Positions 35,401 through 48,959 are shown, counted from the stretch's first letter. The stretch is DNA of 64,000 nt from Eledone cirrhosa (GCA_964016885.1 OZ024744.1:127534001-127598000); one strand, 5' to 3'. Program-made: numbers and translations. The notes: generated by a model from the letters alone, not told the origin.

Positions 35401-38230
35401 AAGTTAAGTTGGGGTTAACTTAAGTTGGGGTTAAGTTAAGTTGGGGTTAAGTTAAGTTGGGGGTAAGTTAAGTTGGGGGCAAGTTGAGTTGGGGTTAAGT
35501 TAAGTTGGGGTTAAGTTAAGGTGGGGGTAAGTTAATTTGGGGGTAAGTTAAGTTGGGGGTAAGTTAAGTTGGGGTTAAGTTAAGTTGGGTTTAAGTTAAG
35601 TTGGGGCTAAGTTTAGTTGGGGTTAAGTTAAGTTGGGGGTAAGTTAAGTTGGGGTTGAGTTAAGTTGGGGTTAACTTAAGTTGGGGTTAAGTTGGGGTTA
35701 AGTTAAGTTGGCGTTAAATTAAGTTGGGGGTTAGTTAAGTTGGGGCAAGTTAAGTTGGGGTTAATTTAAGTTGGGGTTAAGTTAAGTTGGGGTTATGTTA
35801 AGTTGGGGTTAAGTTAAGTTGGGGTTAAGTTAAGTTGGGGGTAAGTTAAGTTGGGGTTAAGTTAAGTTGGGGGTAAGTTAAGTTGAGGGTAAGTTAAGTT
35901 GGGGTTAAGTTAAGTTGGGGTTAAATTAAGTTGGGGGTAAGTTAAGTTGGGGGTAAGTTAAGTTGGGGTTAAGTTAAGTTGGGGTTAAATTAAGTTGAGG
36001 TTAAGTTAAGTTGGGGTTAAGTTAAGTTGGGGTTAAGTTAAGTTGGGGGTAAGATAAGTTGGGGCTAAGTTAAGTTGGGGCTAAGTCAAGTTGGGGTTAA
36101 GTCAAGTTGAGGTTAACTTAAGTTGGGGTTAAGTTAAGTTGGGGTTAATTTAAGTTGGGGTTAAGTTAAGTTGGGGTTAAGGTAAGTTGGGGTTATGTTA
36201 AGTTGGGGCTAAGTTAAGTTGGGGCTAAGTTAAGTTGGGGCTGAGTTAAGTTGGGGTTAAGTTAAGTTGGGGTTGAGTTAAGTTGGGGTTAAGTTAAGTT
36301 GGGGTTAATTTAAGTTGGGGTTAAGTTAAGTTGGGGTTAAGATAAGTTGGGGTTAAGTTAAGTTGGGGTTACGTTAAGTTGGGGTTGAGTTAATTTGGGG
36401 TTAAGTTAAGTTGGGGTTAACTTAAGTTGGGGTTAAGTTGGGGTTAAGTTAAGTTGGAGGTAGGTTAAGTTGGGGGCAAGTTAAGTTGGGGTTAAGTTAA
36501 GTTGGGGTTAAGTTAAGTTGGGGGTAAGTTAAGTCGGGGTTAAGTTAAGTTGGGGTTAAGTTAAGTTGGGTTTAAGTTAAGTTGGGGCTAAGTTAAGTTG
36601 GGGCTAAGTTAAGTTGGGACTGAGTTAAGTTGGGGGTAAGTTAAGTTGGGTGTAAGTTAAGTTGGGGTTCAGTTCAGTTGGGGTTAAGTTAAGTTGGGGT
36701 TAAGTTAAGCTGGGGTTAAGTTAAGTTGGGGTTTAGTTAAGTTGGGGTTAAGTTAAGTTGGGGTTAAGTTAAGTTGGGGTTGAGTTAAGTTGGGGATGAG
36801 TTAAGTTGGGGTTAAGTTAAGTTGGGGTTTAGTTAAGTTGGGGTTAAGTTAAGTTGGGGGTAAGTTAAGTTGGGGGTAAGTAAAATGGGGGCAAGTTAAG
36901 TTGGGGTTAAGTTAAGTTGGGGTTAAGTTAAGTTGGGGTTAAGTTAAGTTAGGGTTAATTTCAGTTGGGGTTAAGTTAAGTTGGGGTTAAGTTAAGTTAG
37001 GGTTAATTTAAGTTGGGGTTATGTTAAGTTGGGGTTAAGTTAAGTTGGGGTTAAGTTAAGTTGGTGTTAAGTAAAGTTGGGGTTAAGTTAAGTTGTGGGT
37101 TAAGTTAAGTTGGGGTTAAGTTAAGTTGGGGTTAAGTTAAGTTGGTGTTAAGTAAAGTTGGGCTTAAGTTAAGTTGGGTTTGAGTTAAGTTGGGGCTAAG
37201 TTAAGTTAGGGCTAAGTTAAGTTGGGGTTAAGTTAAGTTGGGGCTAGGTTAAGTTGGGTCTAAGTTAAGTTGGGGTTAAGTTAAGTTGGGGTTAAGTTAA
37301 GTTGGGGTTAAATTAAGTTGGGGTTAAGCTAAGTTGGGGTTAAGTTAATTTGCGGTTAAGTTAGGTTGTGGGTTAAGTTAAGTTGGGGTTAAGTTAAGCT
37401 GGGGTTAAGTTGGGGTAAGTTAAGTTGGGGGTAAGTTAAGTTGGGGTTAAGGTAAGTTGGGGTTAAGTTAAGTTGGGGTTAAGTTAAGTTGGGGTTAAGT
37501 TAAGTTGGGGTTGAGTTAAGTTGGGGTTGAGTTAAGTTGGGGTTAAGTTAAGTTGGGGTTAAGTTAAGTTGGGGTTAAGTTAAGTTGGGGTTAAGTTAAG
37601 TTGGGGGCAAGTTAAGTTGGGGTTAAGTTAAGTTGGGGTTAAGTTAAGTTGGGGTTAAGTTAAGTTGGGGTTAAGTTAAGTTGGGGTTAAATTAAGTTGG
37701 GGTTCAGTTAAGTTGGGGTTAAATTAAGTTGGGGTTAAGTTAAGTTGGGGTTAGTTAAGTTGGGGTTAAGTTAAGTTGGGGTTAATTTCAGTTGGGGTTA
37801 TGTTAAATTGGGGTTAAGTTAAGTTGGGGTTAAGTTAAAGTTGGGGTTAAGTTAAGTTGGGGTAAAGTTAAGTTAGGGTTAAGTTAAGTTGGGGTTAAGT
37901 TAAGTTGGGGTTAAATTAAGTTGGGGTTAAGTTAAGTTGGGGTTAAGTTAAGTTGGGGTTAAATTAAGTTGGGGTTCAGTTAAGTTGGGGTTAAATTAAG
38001 TTGGAGTTAAGTCAAGTTGGGGTTAAGTCAAGTTGGGGTTAAGTCAAGTTGGGGTTAAGTTAAGTTGGGGGTAAGTTAAGTTGGGTGTAAGTTAAGTTGG
38101 GGTTAAGTTAAGTTGGGGTTCAGTTCAGTTGGGGTTAAGTGAAGTTGGGGTTAAGTTAAGATGGGGGTAAGTTAAGTTGGGGTTAAGTTAAGTTGGGGTT
38201 AAGTTAAGTTGGGGTTAAGTTAAGTTGGGG
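29460..38230 (+). repeat. Long-range copy of positions about 1-8640 (offset 29,457 bp, drifting to about 29,585 through whole-monomer indels)
   Basis: Markers I found only twice: aacataag C at 656/30113, ctgaatta C at 1036/30493, gaggtcaag C at 1794/31251, all +29,457. Later, tgttaaattg 8216/37801 is +29,585. Confidence 0.88.
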
Positions 38231-41200
38231 TTAAGTTAAGTTGGAGTTAAGTTAAGTTGGAGTTAAGTTAAGTTGGGGTTAAGCTAAGTTGGGGTTCAGT
38301 TAAGTTGGGGTTAAGTTAATTTGGGGCTGAGTTAAGTTGGGGTTAAGTTAAGTTCGGGTTGAGTTAAGTTGGGGTTAAGTTAAGTTGGGGTTAAGTTAAG
38401 TTGGGGTTAAGTTAAGTTGGGGTTAAGATAAGTTGGGGTTAAGTTAAGTTGGGGTTAATTTAAGTTGGGGTTGAGTTAATTTGGGTTTAAGTTAAGTTGG
38501 GCTTAATTTAAGTTGGGGTTCAGTTGGGCTTAATTTAAGTTGGGGTTAAGTTGGGGGTAAGTTAAGTTGGGGGCAAGTTAAGTTGGGGTTAATTTAAGTT
38601 GGGGTTAAGTTAAGTTGGGGTTATGTTAAGTTGGGGTTAAGTTAAGTTGGGGTTAAGTTAAGTTGGGGGTAACTTAAGTTGGGGTTAAGTTAAGTTGAGG
38701 GTAAGTTAAGTTGAAGGTAAGTTAAGTTGAGGTTAAGTTAAATTGGGGTTAAGTTAAGTTGGGGGTAAGTTAAGTTGGGTGTAAGTTAAGTTGGGGTTAA
38801 GTTAAGTTGGGGTTAAATTAAGTTGAGGTTAAGTTAATTTGGGATTAAGTTAAGTTGGGGTTAAGTTAAGTTGGGGGTAAGATAAGTTGGGGCTAAGTTA
38901 AGTTGGGGCTAAGTCAAGTTGGGGTTAAGTCAAGTTGAGGTTAACTTAAGTTGGGGTTAAGTTAAGTTGGGGCTAAGTTAAGTTGGGGTTAAGGTAAGTT
39001 GGGGTTAAGTTAAGTTGGGGTTCAGTTAAGTTAGGGTTAAGTTAATTTGGGGCTGAGTTAAGTTGGGGTTAAGTTAAGTTCGGGTTGAGTTAAGTTGGGG
39101 TTAAGTTAAGTTGGGGTTAAGTTAAGTTGGGGTTAAGTTAAGTTGGCGTTAAGATAAGTTGGGGTTAAGTTAAGTTGGGGTTAATTTAAGTTGGGGTTGA
39201 GTTAAGTTGGGGTTAAGTTAAGTTCGGGTTGAGTTAAGTTGGGGTTAAGTTAAGTTGGGGTTAAGTTAAGTTGGGGTTAGGTTAAGTTGGGGTTAAGATA
39301 AGTTGGGGTTAAGTTAAGTTGGGGTTAATTTAATTTGGGGTTGAGTTAATTTGGGTTTAAGTTAAGTTGGGCTTAACTTAAGTTGGGGTTAAGTTGGGGT
39401 TAAGTTAAGTTGGGGTTAAGTTAAGTTGGGGGTAAGTTAAGTTGGGGGCAAGTTAAGTTGGGGTTAATTTAAGTTGGGGTTAAGTTAAGTTAGGGTTATG
39501 TTAAGTTGGGGTTAATTTAAGTTGGGGTTAAGTTAAGTTGGGGGTAACTTAAGTTGAGGGTAAGTTAATTTGAGGGTAAGTTAAGTTGAGGGTAAGTTAA
39601 GTTCAGGTTAAGTTAAGTTGGGGTTAAGTTAAGTTGGGGGTAAGTTAAGTTGGGGGTAAGTTAAGTTGGGGTTAAATTAAGTTGAGGTTAAGTTAATTTG
39701 GGCTTAAGTTAAGTTGGGGTTAAGTTAAGTTGGGGGTAAGATAAGTTGGGGCTAAGTTAAGTTGGGGCTAAGTCAAGTTGGGGTTAAGTCAAGTTGAGGT
39801 TAACTTAAGTTGGGGTTAAGTTAAGTTGGGGTTAAGTTAAGTTGGGGTTAAGGTAAGTTGGGGTTAAGTTAAGTTGGGGCTAAGTTAAGTTGGGGCTAAG
39901 TTAAGTTGGGGCTGAGTTAAGTTGGGGTTAAGTTGGGGTTGAGTTAAGTTGGGGTTAAGTTAAGTTGGGATTAAGTTAAGTTGGGGTTAAGTTAAGTTCG
40001 GGTTGAGTTAAGTTGGGGTTAAGTTAAGTTGGGGTTAATTTAAGTTGGGGTTAAGTTAAGTTGGGGTTAAGATAAGTTGGGGTTAAGTTAAGTTGGGGTT
40101 AAGTTAAGTTGGGGTTGAGTTAATTTGGGGTTAAGTTAAGTTGGGGTTAACTTAAGTTGGGGTTAAGTTAAGTTGGGGTTAAGTTAAGTTGGGGGTAAGT
40201 TAAGTTGGGGGCAAGTTGAGTTGGGGTTAAGTTAAGTTGGGGTTAAGTTAAGGTGGGGGTAAGTTAAGTTGGGGTTAATTTAAGTTGGGGTTGAGTTAAG
40301 TTGGGGTTAAGTTAAGTTCGGGTTGAGTTAAGTTGGGGTTAAGTTAAGTTGGGGTTAAGTTAAGTTGGGGTTAAGTTAAGTTGGGGTTAAGTTAAGTTGG
40401 GGGTAACTTAAGTTGAGGGTAAGTTAAGTTGAGGGTAAGTTAAGTTGAGGGTAAGTTAAGTTCAGGTTAAGTTAAGTTGGGGTTAAGTTAAGTTGGGGGT
40501 AAGTTAAGTTGGGGGTAAGTTAAGTTGGGGTTAAGTTAAGTTGGGGTTAAATTAAGTTGAGGTTAAGTTAATTTGGGCTTAAGTTAAGTTGGGGTTAAGT
40601 TAAGTTGGGGGTAAGATAAGTTGGGGCTAAGTTAAGTTGGGGCTAAGTCAAGTTGGGGTTAAGTCAAGTTGAGGTTAACTTAAGTTGGGGTTAAGTTAAG
40701 TTGGGGTTAAGTTAAGTTGGGGTTAAGGTAAGTTGGGGTTAAGTTAAGTTGGGGCTAAGTTAAGTTGGGGCTAAGTTAAGTTGGGGCTGAGTTAAGTTGG
40801 GGTTAAGTTGGGGTTGAGTTAAGTTGGGGTTAAGTTAAGTTGGGATTAAGTTAAGTTGGGGTTAAGTTAAGTTCGGGTTGAGTTAAGTTGGGGTTAAGTT
40901 AAGTTGGGGTTAATTTAAGTTGGGTTAAGTTAAGTTGGGGTTAAGATAAGTTGGGGTTAAGTTAAGTTGGGGTTAAGTTAAGTTGGGGTTGAGTTAATTT
41001 GGGGTTAAGTTAAGTTGGGGTTAACTTAAGTTGGGGTTAAGTTAAGTTGGGGTTAAGTTAAGTTGGGGGTAAGTTAAGTTGGGGGCAAGTTGAGTTGGGG
41101 TTAAGTTAAGTTGGGGTTAAGTTAAGGTGGGGGTAAGTTAATTTGGGGGTAAGTTAAGTTGGGGGTAAGTTAAGTTGGGGTTAAGTTAAGTTGGGTTTAA

Positions 41201-44200
41201 GTTAAGTTGGGGCTAAGTTTAGTTGGGGTTAAGTTAAGTTGGGGGTAAGTTAAGTTGGGGTTGAGTTAAGTTGGGGTTAACTTAAGTTGGGGTTAAGTTG
41301 GGGTTAAGTTAAGTTGGCGTTAAATTAAGTTGGGGGTTAGTTAAGTTGGGGCAAGTTAAGTTGGGGTTAATTTAAGTTGGGGTTAAGTTAAGTTGGGGTT
41401 ATGTTAAGTTGGGGTTAAGTTAAGTTGGGGTTAAGTTAAGTTGGGGGTAAGTTAAGTTGGGGTTAAGTTAAGTTGGGGGTAAGTTAAGTTGAGGGTAAGT
41501 TAAGTTGGGGTTAAGTTAAGTTGGGGTTAAATTAAGTTGGGGGTAAGTTAAGTTGGGGGTAAGTTAAGTTGGGGTTAAGTTAAGTTGGGGTTAAATTAAG
41601 TTGAGGTTAAGTTAAGTTGGGGTTAAGTTAAGTTGGGGTTAAGTTAAGTTGGGGGTAAGATAAGTTGGGGCTAAGTTAAGTTGGGGCTAAGTCAAGTTGG
41701 GGTTAAGTCAAGTTGAGGTTAACTTAAGTTGGGGTTAAGTTAAGTTGGGGTTAATTTAAGTTGGGGTTAAGTTAAGTTGGGGTTAAGGTAAGTTGGGGTT
41801 ATGTTAAGTTGGGGCTAAGTTAAGTTGGGGCTAAGTTAAGTTGGGGCTGAGTTAAGTTGGGGTTAAGTTAAGTTGGGGTTGAGTTAAGTTGGGGTTAAGT
41901 TAAGTTGGGGTTAATTTAAGTTGGGGTTAAGTTAAGTTGGGGTTAAGATAAGTTGGGGTTAAGTTAAGTTGGGGTTACGTTAAGTTGGGGTTGAGTTAAT
42001 TTGGGGTTAAGTTAAGTTGGGGTTAACTTAAGTTGGGGTTAAGTTGGGGTTAAGTTAAGTTGGAGGTAGGTTAAGTTGGGGGCAAGTTAAGTTGGGGTTA
42101 AGTTAAGTTGGGGTTAAGTTAAGTTGGGGGTAAGTTAAGTCGGGGTTAAGTTAAGTTGGGGTTAAGTTAAGTTGGGTTTAAGTTAAGTTGGGGCTAAGTT
42201 AAGTTGGGGCTAAGTTAAGTTGGGACTGAGTTAAGTTGGGGGTAAGTTAAGTTGGGTGTAAGTTAAGTTGGGGTTCAGTTCAGTTGGGGTTAAGTTAAGT
42301 TGGGGTTAAGTTAAGCTGGGGTTAAGTTAAGTTGGGGTTTAGTTAAGTTGGGGTTAAGTTAAGTTGGGGTTAAGTTAAGTTGGGGTTGAGTTAAGTTGGG
42401 GATGAGTTAAGTTGGGGTTAAGTTAAGTTGGGGTTTAGTTAAGTTGGGGTTAAGTTAAGTTGGGGGTAAGTTAAGTTGGGGGTAAGTAAAATGGGGGCAA
42501 GTTAAGTTGGGGTTAAGTTAAGTTGGGGTTAAGTTAAGTTGGGGTTAAGTTAAGTTAGGGTTAATTTCAGTTGGGGTTAAGTTAAGTTGGGGTTAAGTTA
42601 AGTTAGGGTTAATTTAAGTTGGGGTTATGTTAAGTTGGGGTTAAGTTAAGTTGGGGTTAAGTTAAGTTGGTGTTAAGTAAAGTTGGGGTTAAGTTAAGTT
42701 GTGGGTTAAGTTAAGTTGGGGTTAAGTTAAGTTGGGGTTAAGTTAAGTTGGTGTTAAGTAAAGTTGGGCTTAAGTTAAGTTGGGTTTGAGTTAAGTTGGG
42801 GCTAAGTTAAGTTAGGGCTAAGTTAAGTTGGGGTTAAGTTAAGTTGGGGCTAGGTTAAGTTGGGTCTAAGTTAAGTTGGGGTTAAGTTAAGTTGGGGTTA
42901 AGTTAAGTTGGGGTTAAATTAAGTTGGGGTTAAGCTAAGTTGGGGTTAAGTTAATTTGCGGTTAAGTTAGGTTGTGGGTTAAGTTAAGTTGGGGTTAAGT
43001 TAAGCTGGGGTTAAGTTGGGGTAAGTTAAGTTGGGGGTAAGTTAAGTTGGGGTTAAGGTAAGTTGGGGTTAAGTTAAGTTGGGGTTAAGTTAAGTTGGGG
43101 TTAAGTTAAGTTGGGGTTGAGTTAAGTTGGGGTTGAGTTAAGTTGGGGTTAAGTTAAGTTGGGGTTAAGTTAAGTTGGGGATAAGTTAAGTTGGGGTTAA
43201 GTTAAGTTGGGGGCAAGTTAAGTTGGGGTTAAGTTAAGTTGGGGTTAAGTTAAGTTGGGGTTAAGTTAAGTTGGGGGCAAGTTGAGTTGGGGTTAAGTTA
43301 AGTTGGGGTTAAGTTAAGGTGGGGGTAAGTTAAGTTGGGGTTAATTTAAGTTGGGGTTGAGTTAAGTTGGGGTTAAGTTAAGTTCGGGTTGAGTTAAGTT
43401 GGGGTTAAGTTAAGTTGGGGTTAAGTTAAGTTGGGGTTAAGTTAAGTTGGGGTTAAGTTAAGTTGGGGGTAACTTAAGTTGAGGGTAAGTTAAGTTGAGG
43501 GTAAGTTAAGTTGAGGGTAAGTTAAGTTCAGGTTAAGTTAAGTTGGGGTTAAGTTAAGTTGGGGGTAAGTTAAGTTGGGGGTAAGTTAAGTTGGGGTTAA
43601 GTTAAGTTGGGGTTAAATTAAGTTGAGGTTAAGTTAATTTGGGCTTAAGTTAAGTTGGGGTTAAGTTAAGTTGGGGGTAAGATAAGTTGGGGCTAAGTTA
43701 AGTTGGGGCTAAGTCAAGTTGGGGTTAAGTCAAGTTGAGGTTAACTTAAGTTGGGGTTAAGTTAAGTTGGGGTTAAGTTAAGTTGGGGTTAAGGTAAGTT
43801 GGGGTTAAGTTAAGTTGGGGCTAAGTTAAGTTGGGGCTAAGTTAAGTTGGGGCTGAGTTAAGTTGGGGTTAAGTTGGGGTTGAGTTAAGTTGGGGTTAAG
43901 TTAAGTTGGGATTAAGTTAAGTTGGGGTTAAGTTAAGTTCGGGTTGAGTTAAGTTGGGGTTAAGTTAAGTTGGGGTTAATTTAAGTTGGGTTAAGTTAAG
44001 TTGGGGTTAAGATAAGTTGGGGTTAAGTTAAGTTGGGGTTAAGTTAAGTTGGGGTTGAGTTAATTTGGGGTTAAGTTAAGTTGGGGTTAACTTAAGTTGG
44101 GGTTAAGTTAAGTTGGGGTTAAGTTAAGTTGGGGGTAAGTTAAGTTGGGGGCAAGTTGAGTTGGGGTTAAGTTAAGTTGGGGTTAAGTTAAGGTGGGGGT

Positions 44201-47200
44201 AAGTTAATTTGGGGGTAAGTTAAGTTGGGGGTAAGTTAAGTTGGGGTTAAGTTAAGTTGGGTTTAAGTTAAGTTGGGGCTAAGTTTAGTTGGGGTTAAGT
44301 TAAGTTGGGGGTAAGTTAAGTTGGGGTTGAGTTAAGTTGGGGTTAACTTAAGTTGGGGTTAAGTTGGGGTTAAGTTAAGTTGGCGTTAAATTAAGTTGGG
44401 GGTTAGTTAAGTTGGGGCAAGTTAAGTTGGGGTTAATTTAAGTTGGGGTTAAGTTAAGTTGGGGTTATGTTAAGTTGGGGTTAAGTTAAGTTGGGGTTAA
44501 GTTAAGTTGGGGGTAAGTTAAGTTGGGGTTAAGTTAAGTTGGGGGTAAGTTAAGTTGAGGGTAAGTTAAGTTGGGGTTAAGTTAAGTTGGGGTTAAATTA
44601 AGTTGGGGGTAAGTTAAGTTGGGGGTAAGTTAAGTTGGGGTTAAGTTAAGTTGGGGTTAAATTAAGTTGAGGTTAAGTTAAGTTGGGGTTAAGTTAAGTT
44701 GGGGTTAAGTTAAGTTGGGGGTAAGATAAGTTGGGGCTAAGTTAAGTTGGGGCTAAGTCAAGTTGGGGTTAAGTCAAGTTGAGGTTAACTTAAGTTGGGG
44801 TTAAGTTAAGTTGGGGTTAATTTAAGTTGGGGTTAAGTTAAGTTGGGGTTAAGGTAAGTTGGGGTTATGTTAAGTTGGGGCTAAGTTAAGTTGGGGCTAA
44901 GTTAAGTTGGGGCTGAGTTAAGTTGGGGTTAAGTTAAGTTGGGGTTGAGTTAAGTTGGGGTTAAGTTAAGTTGGGGTTAATTTAAGTTGGGGTTAAGTTA
45001 AGTTGGGGTTAAGATAAGTTGGGGTTAAGTTAAGTTGGGGTTACGTTAAGTTGGGGTTGAGTTAATTTGGGGTTAAGTTAAGTTGGGGTTAACTTAAGTT
45101 GGGGTTAAGTTGGGGTTAAGTTAAGTTGGAGGTAGGTTAAGTTGGGGGCAAGTTAAGTTGGGGTTAAGTTAAGTTGGGGTTAAGTTAAGTTGGGGGTAAG
45201 TTAAGTCGGGGTTAAGTTAAGTTGGGGTTAAGTTAAGTTGGGTTTAAGTTAAGTTGGGGCTAAGTTAAGTTGGGGCTAAGTTAAGTTGGGACTGAGTTAA
45301 GTTGGGGGTAAGTTAAGTTGGGTGTAAGTTAAGTTGGGGTTCAGTTCAGTTGGGGTTAAGTTAAGTTGGGGTTAAGTTAAGCTGGGGTTAAGTTAAGTTG
45401 GGGTTTAGTTAAGTTGGGGTTAAGTTAAGTTGGGGTTAAGTTAAGTTGGGGTTGAGTTAAGTTGGGGATGAGTTAAGTTGGGGTTAAGTTAAGTTGGGGT
45501 TTAGTTAAGTTGGGGTTAAGTTAAGTTGGGGGTAAGTTAAGTTGGGGGTAAGTAAAATGGGGGCAAGTTAAGTTGGGGTTAAGTTAAGTTGGGGTTAAGT
45601 TAAGTTGGGGTTAAGTTAAGTTAGGGTTAATTTCAGTTGGGGTTAAGTTAAGTTGGGGTTAAGTTAAGTTAGGGTTAATTTAAGTTGGGGTTATGTTAAG
45701 TTGGGGTTAAGTTAAGTTGGGGTTAAGTTAAGTTGGTGTTAAGTAAAGTTGGGGTTAAGTTAAGTTGTGGGTTAAGTTAAGTTGGGGTTAAGTTAAGTTG
45801 GGGTTAAGTTAAGTTGGTGTTAAGTAAAGTTGGGCTTAAGTTAAGTTGGGTTTGAGTTAAGTTGGGGCTAAGTTAAGTTAGGGCTAAGTTAAGTTGGGGT
45901 TAAGTTAAGTTGGGGCTAGGTTAAGTTGGGTCTAAGTTAAGTTGGGGTTAAGTTAAGTTGGGGTTAAGTTAAGTTGGGGTTAAATTAAGTTGGGGTTAAG
46001 CTAAGTTGGGGTTAAGTTAATTTGCGGTTAAGTTAGGTTGTGGGTTAAGTTAAGTTGGGGTTAAGTTAAGCTGGGGTTAAGTTGGGGTAAGTTAAGTTGG
46101 GGGTAAGTTAAGTTGGGGTTAAGGTAAGTTGGGGTTAAGTTAAGTTGGGGTTAAGTTAAGTTGGGGTTAAGTTAAGTTGGGGTTGAGTTAAGTTGGGGTT
46201 GAGTTAAGTTGGGGTTAAGTTAAGTTGGGGTTAAGTTAAGTTGGGGATAAGTTAAGTTGGGGTTAAGTTAAGTTGGGGGCAAGTTAAGTTGGGGTTAAGT
46301 TAAGTTGGGGTTAAGTTAAGTTGGGGTTAAGTTAAGTTGGGGTTAAGTTAAGTTGGGGTTAAATTAAGTTGGGGTTCAGTTAAGTTGGGGTTAAATTAAG
46401 TTGGGGTTAAGTTAAGTTGGGGTTAGTTAAGTTGGGGTTAAGTTAAGTTGGGGTTAATTTCAGTTGGGGTTATGTTAAATTGGGGTTAAGTTAAGTTGGG
46501 GTTAAGTTAAAGTTGGGGTTAAGTTAAGTTGGGGTAAAGTTAAGTTAGGGTTAAGTTAAGTTGGGGTTAAGTTAAGTTGGGGTTAAATTAAGTTGGGGTT
46601 AAGTTAAGTTGGGGTTAAGTTAAGTTGGGGTTAAATTAAGTTGGGGTTCAGTTAAGTTGGGGTTAAATTAAGTTGGAGTTAAGTCAAGTTGGGGTTAAGT
46701 CAAGTTGGGGTTAAGTCAAGTTGGGGTTAAGTTAAGTTGGGGGTAAGTTAAGTTGGGTGTAAGTTAAGTTGGGGTTAAGTTAAGTTGGGGTTCAGTTCAG
46801 TTGGGGTTAAGTGAAGTTGGGGTTAAGTTAAGATGGGGGTAAGTTAAGTTGGGGTTAAGTTAAGTTGGGGTTAAGTTAAGTTGGGGTTAAGTTAAGTTGG
46901 GGTTAAGTTAAGTTGGAGTTAAGTTAAGTTGGAGTTAAGTTAAGTTGGGGTTAAGCTAAGTTGGGGTTCAGTTAAGTTGGGGTTAAGTTAATTTGGGGCT
47001 GAGTTAAGTTGGGGTTAAGTTAAGTTCGGGTTGAGTTAAGTTGGGGTTAAGTTAAGTTGGGGTTAAGTTAAGTTGGGGTTAAGTTAAGTTGGGGTTAAGA
47101 TAAGTTGGGGTTAAGTTAAGTTGGGGTTAATTTAAGTTGGGGTTGAGTTAATTTGGGTTTAAGTTAAGTTGGGCTTAATTTAAGTTGGGGTTCAGTTGGG

Positions 47201-48940
47201 CTTAATTTAAGTTGGGGTTAAGTTGGGGGTAAGTTAAGTTGGGGGCAAGTTAAGTTGGGGTTAATTTAAGTTGGGGTTAAGTTAAGTTGGGGTTATGTTA
47301 AGTTGGGGTTAAGTTAAGTTGGGGTTAAGTTAAGTTGGGGGTAACTTAAGTTGGGGTTAAGTTAAGTTGAGGGTAAGTTAAGTTGAAGGTAAGTTAAGTT
47401 GAGGTTAAGTTAAATTGGGGTTAAGTTAAGTTGGGGGTAAGGTAAGTTGGGTGTAAGTTAAGTTGGGGTTAAGTTAAGTTGGGGTTAAATTAAGTTGAGG
47501 TTAAGTTAATTTGGGATTAAGTTAAGTTGGGGTTAAGTTAAGTTGGGGGTAAGATAAGTTGGGGCTAAGTTAAGTTGGGGCTAAGTCAAGTTGGGGTTAA
47601 GTCAAGTTGAGGTTAACTTAAGTTGGGGTTAAGTTAAGTTGGGGCTAAGTTAAGTTGGGGTTAAGGTAAGTTGGGGTTAAGTTAAGTTGGGGTTCAGTTA
47701 AGTTAGGGTTAAGTTAATTTGGGGCTGAGTTAAGTTGGGGTTAAGTTAAGTTCGGGTTGAGTTAAGTTGGGGTTAAGTTAAGTTGGGGTTAAGTTAAGTT
47801 GGGGTTAAGTTAAGTTGGCGTTAAGATAAGTTGGGGTTAAGTTAAGTTGGGGTTAATTTAAGTTGGGGTTGAGTTAAGTTGGGGTTAAGTTAAGTTCGGG
47901 TTGAGTTAAGTTGGGGTTAAGTTAAGTTGGGGTTAAGTTAAGTTGGGGTTAGGTTAAGTTGGGGTTAAGATAAGTTGGGGTTAAGTTAAGTTGGGGTTAA
48001 TTTAATTTGGGGTTGAGTTAATTTGGGTTTAAGTTAAGTTGGGCTTAACTTAAGTTGGGGTTAAGTTGGGGTTAAGTTAAGTTGGGGTTAAGTTAAGTTG
48101 GGGGTAAGTTAAGTTGGGGGCAAGTTAAGTTGGGGTTAATTTAAGTTGGGGTTAAGTTAAGTTAGGGTTATGTTAAGTTGGGGTTAATTTAAGTTGGGGT
48201 TAAGTTAAGTTGGGGGTAACTTAAGTTGAGGGTAAGTTAATTTGAGGGTAAGTTAAGTTGAGGGTAAGTTAAGTTCAGGTTAAGTTAAGTTGGGGTTAAG
48301 TTAAGTTGGGGGTAAGTTAAGTTGGGGGTAAGTTAAGTTGGGGTTAAATTAAGTTGAGGTTAAGTTAATTTGGGCTTAAGTTAAGTTGGGGTTAAGTTAA
48401 GTTGGGGGTAAGATAAGTTGGGGCTAAGTTAAGTTGGGGCTAAGTCAAGTTGGGGTTAAGTCAAGTTGAGGTTAACTTAAGTTGGGGTTAAGTTAAGTTG
48501 GGGTTAAGTTAAGTTGGGGTTAAGGTAAGTTGGGGTTAAGTTAAGTTGGGGCTAAGTTAAGTTGGGGCTAAGTTAAGTTGGGGCTGAGTTAAGTTGGGGT
48601 TAAGTTGGGGTTGAGTTAAGTTGGGGTTAAGTTAAGTTGGGATTAAGTTAAGTTGGGGTTAAGTTAAGTTCGGGTTGAGTTAAGTTGGGGTTAAGTTAAG
48701 TTGGGGTTAATTTAAGTTGGGGTTAAGTTAAGTTGGGGTTAAGATAAGTTGGGGTTAAGTTAAGTTGGGGTTAAGTTAAGTTGGGGTTGAGTTAATTTGG
48801 GGTTAAGTTAAGTTGGGGTTAACTTAAGTTGGGGTTAAGTTAAGTTGGGGTTAAGTTAAGTTGGGGGTAAGTTAAGTTGGGGGCAAGTTGAGTTGGGGTT
48901 AAGTTAAGTTGGGGTTAAGTTAAGGTGGGGGTAAGTTAAG
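34650..48940 (+). repeat. 5,606-bp tandem duplication containing a nested 3,066-bp duplication
   Basis: ggcgttaaatt C at 35712/41318/44384 (+5,606, +3,066). ggcgttaagataag C at 39147/47819 (+8,672 = 5,606 + 3,066). Confidence 0.88.
40200..46335 (+). repeat. 3,066-bp tandem duplication (about 40200-43270 / 43270-46335)
   Basis: gcaagttgag C at 40212/43278, ggcgttaaatt 41318/44384 and ggggataag A at 43181/46247 are all +3,066. Confidence 0.9.
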
Positions 48941-48959
48941 TTGGGGGTAAGTTAAGTTG

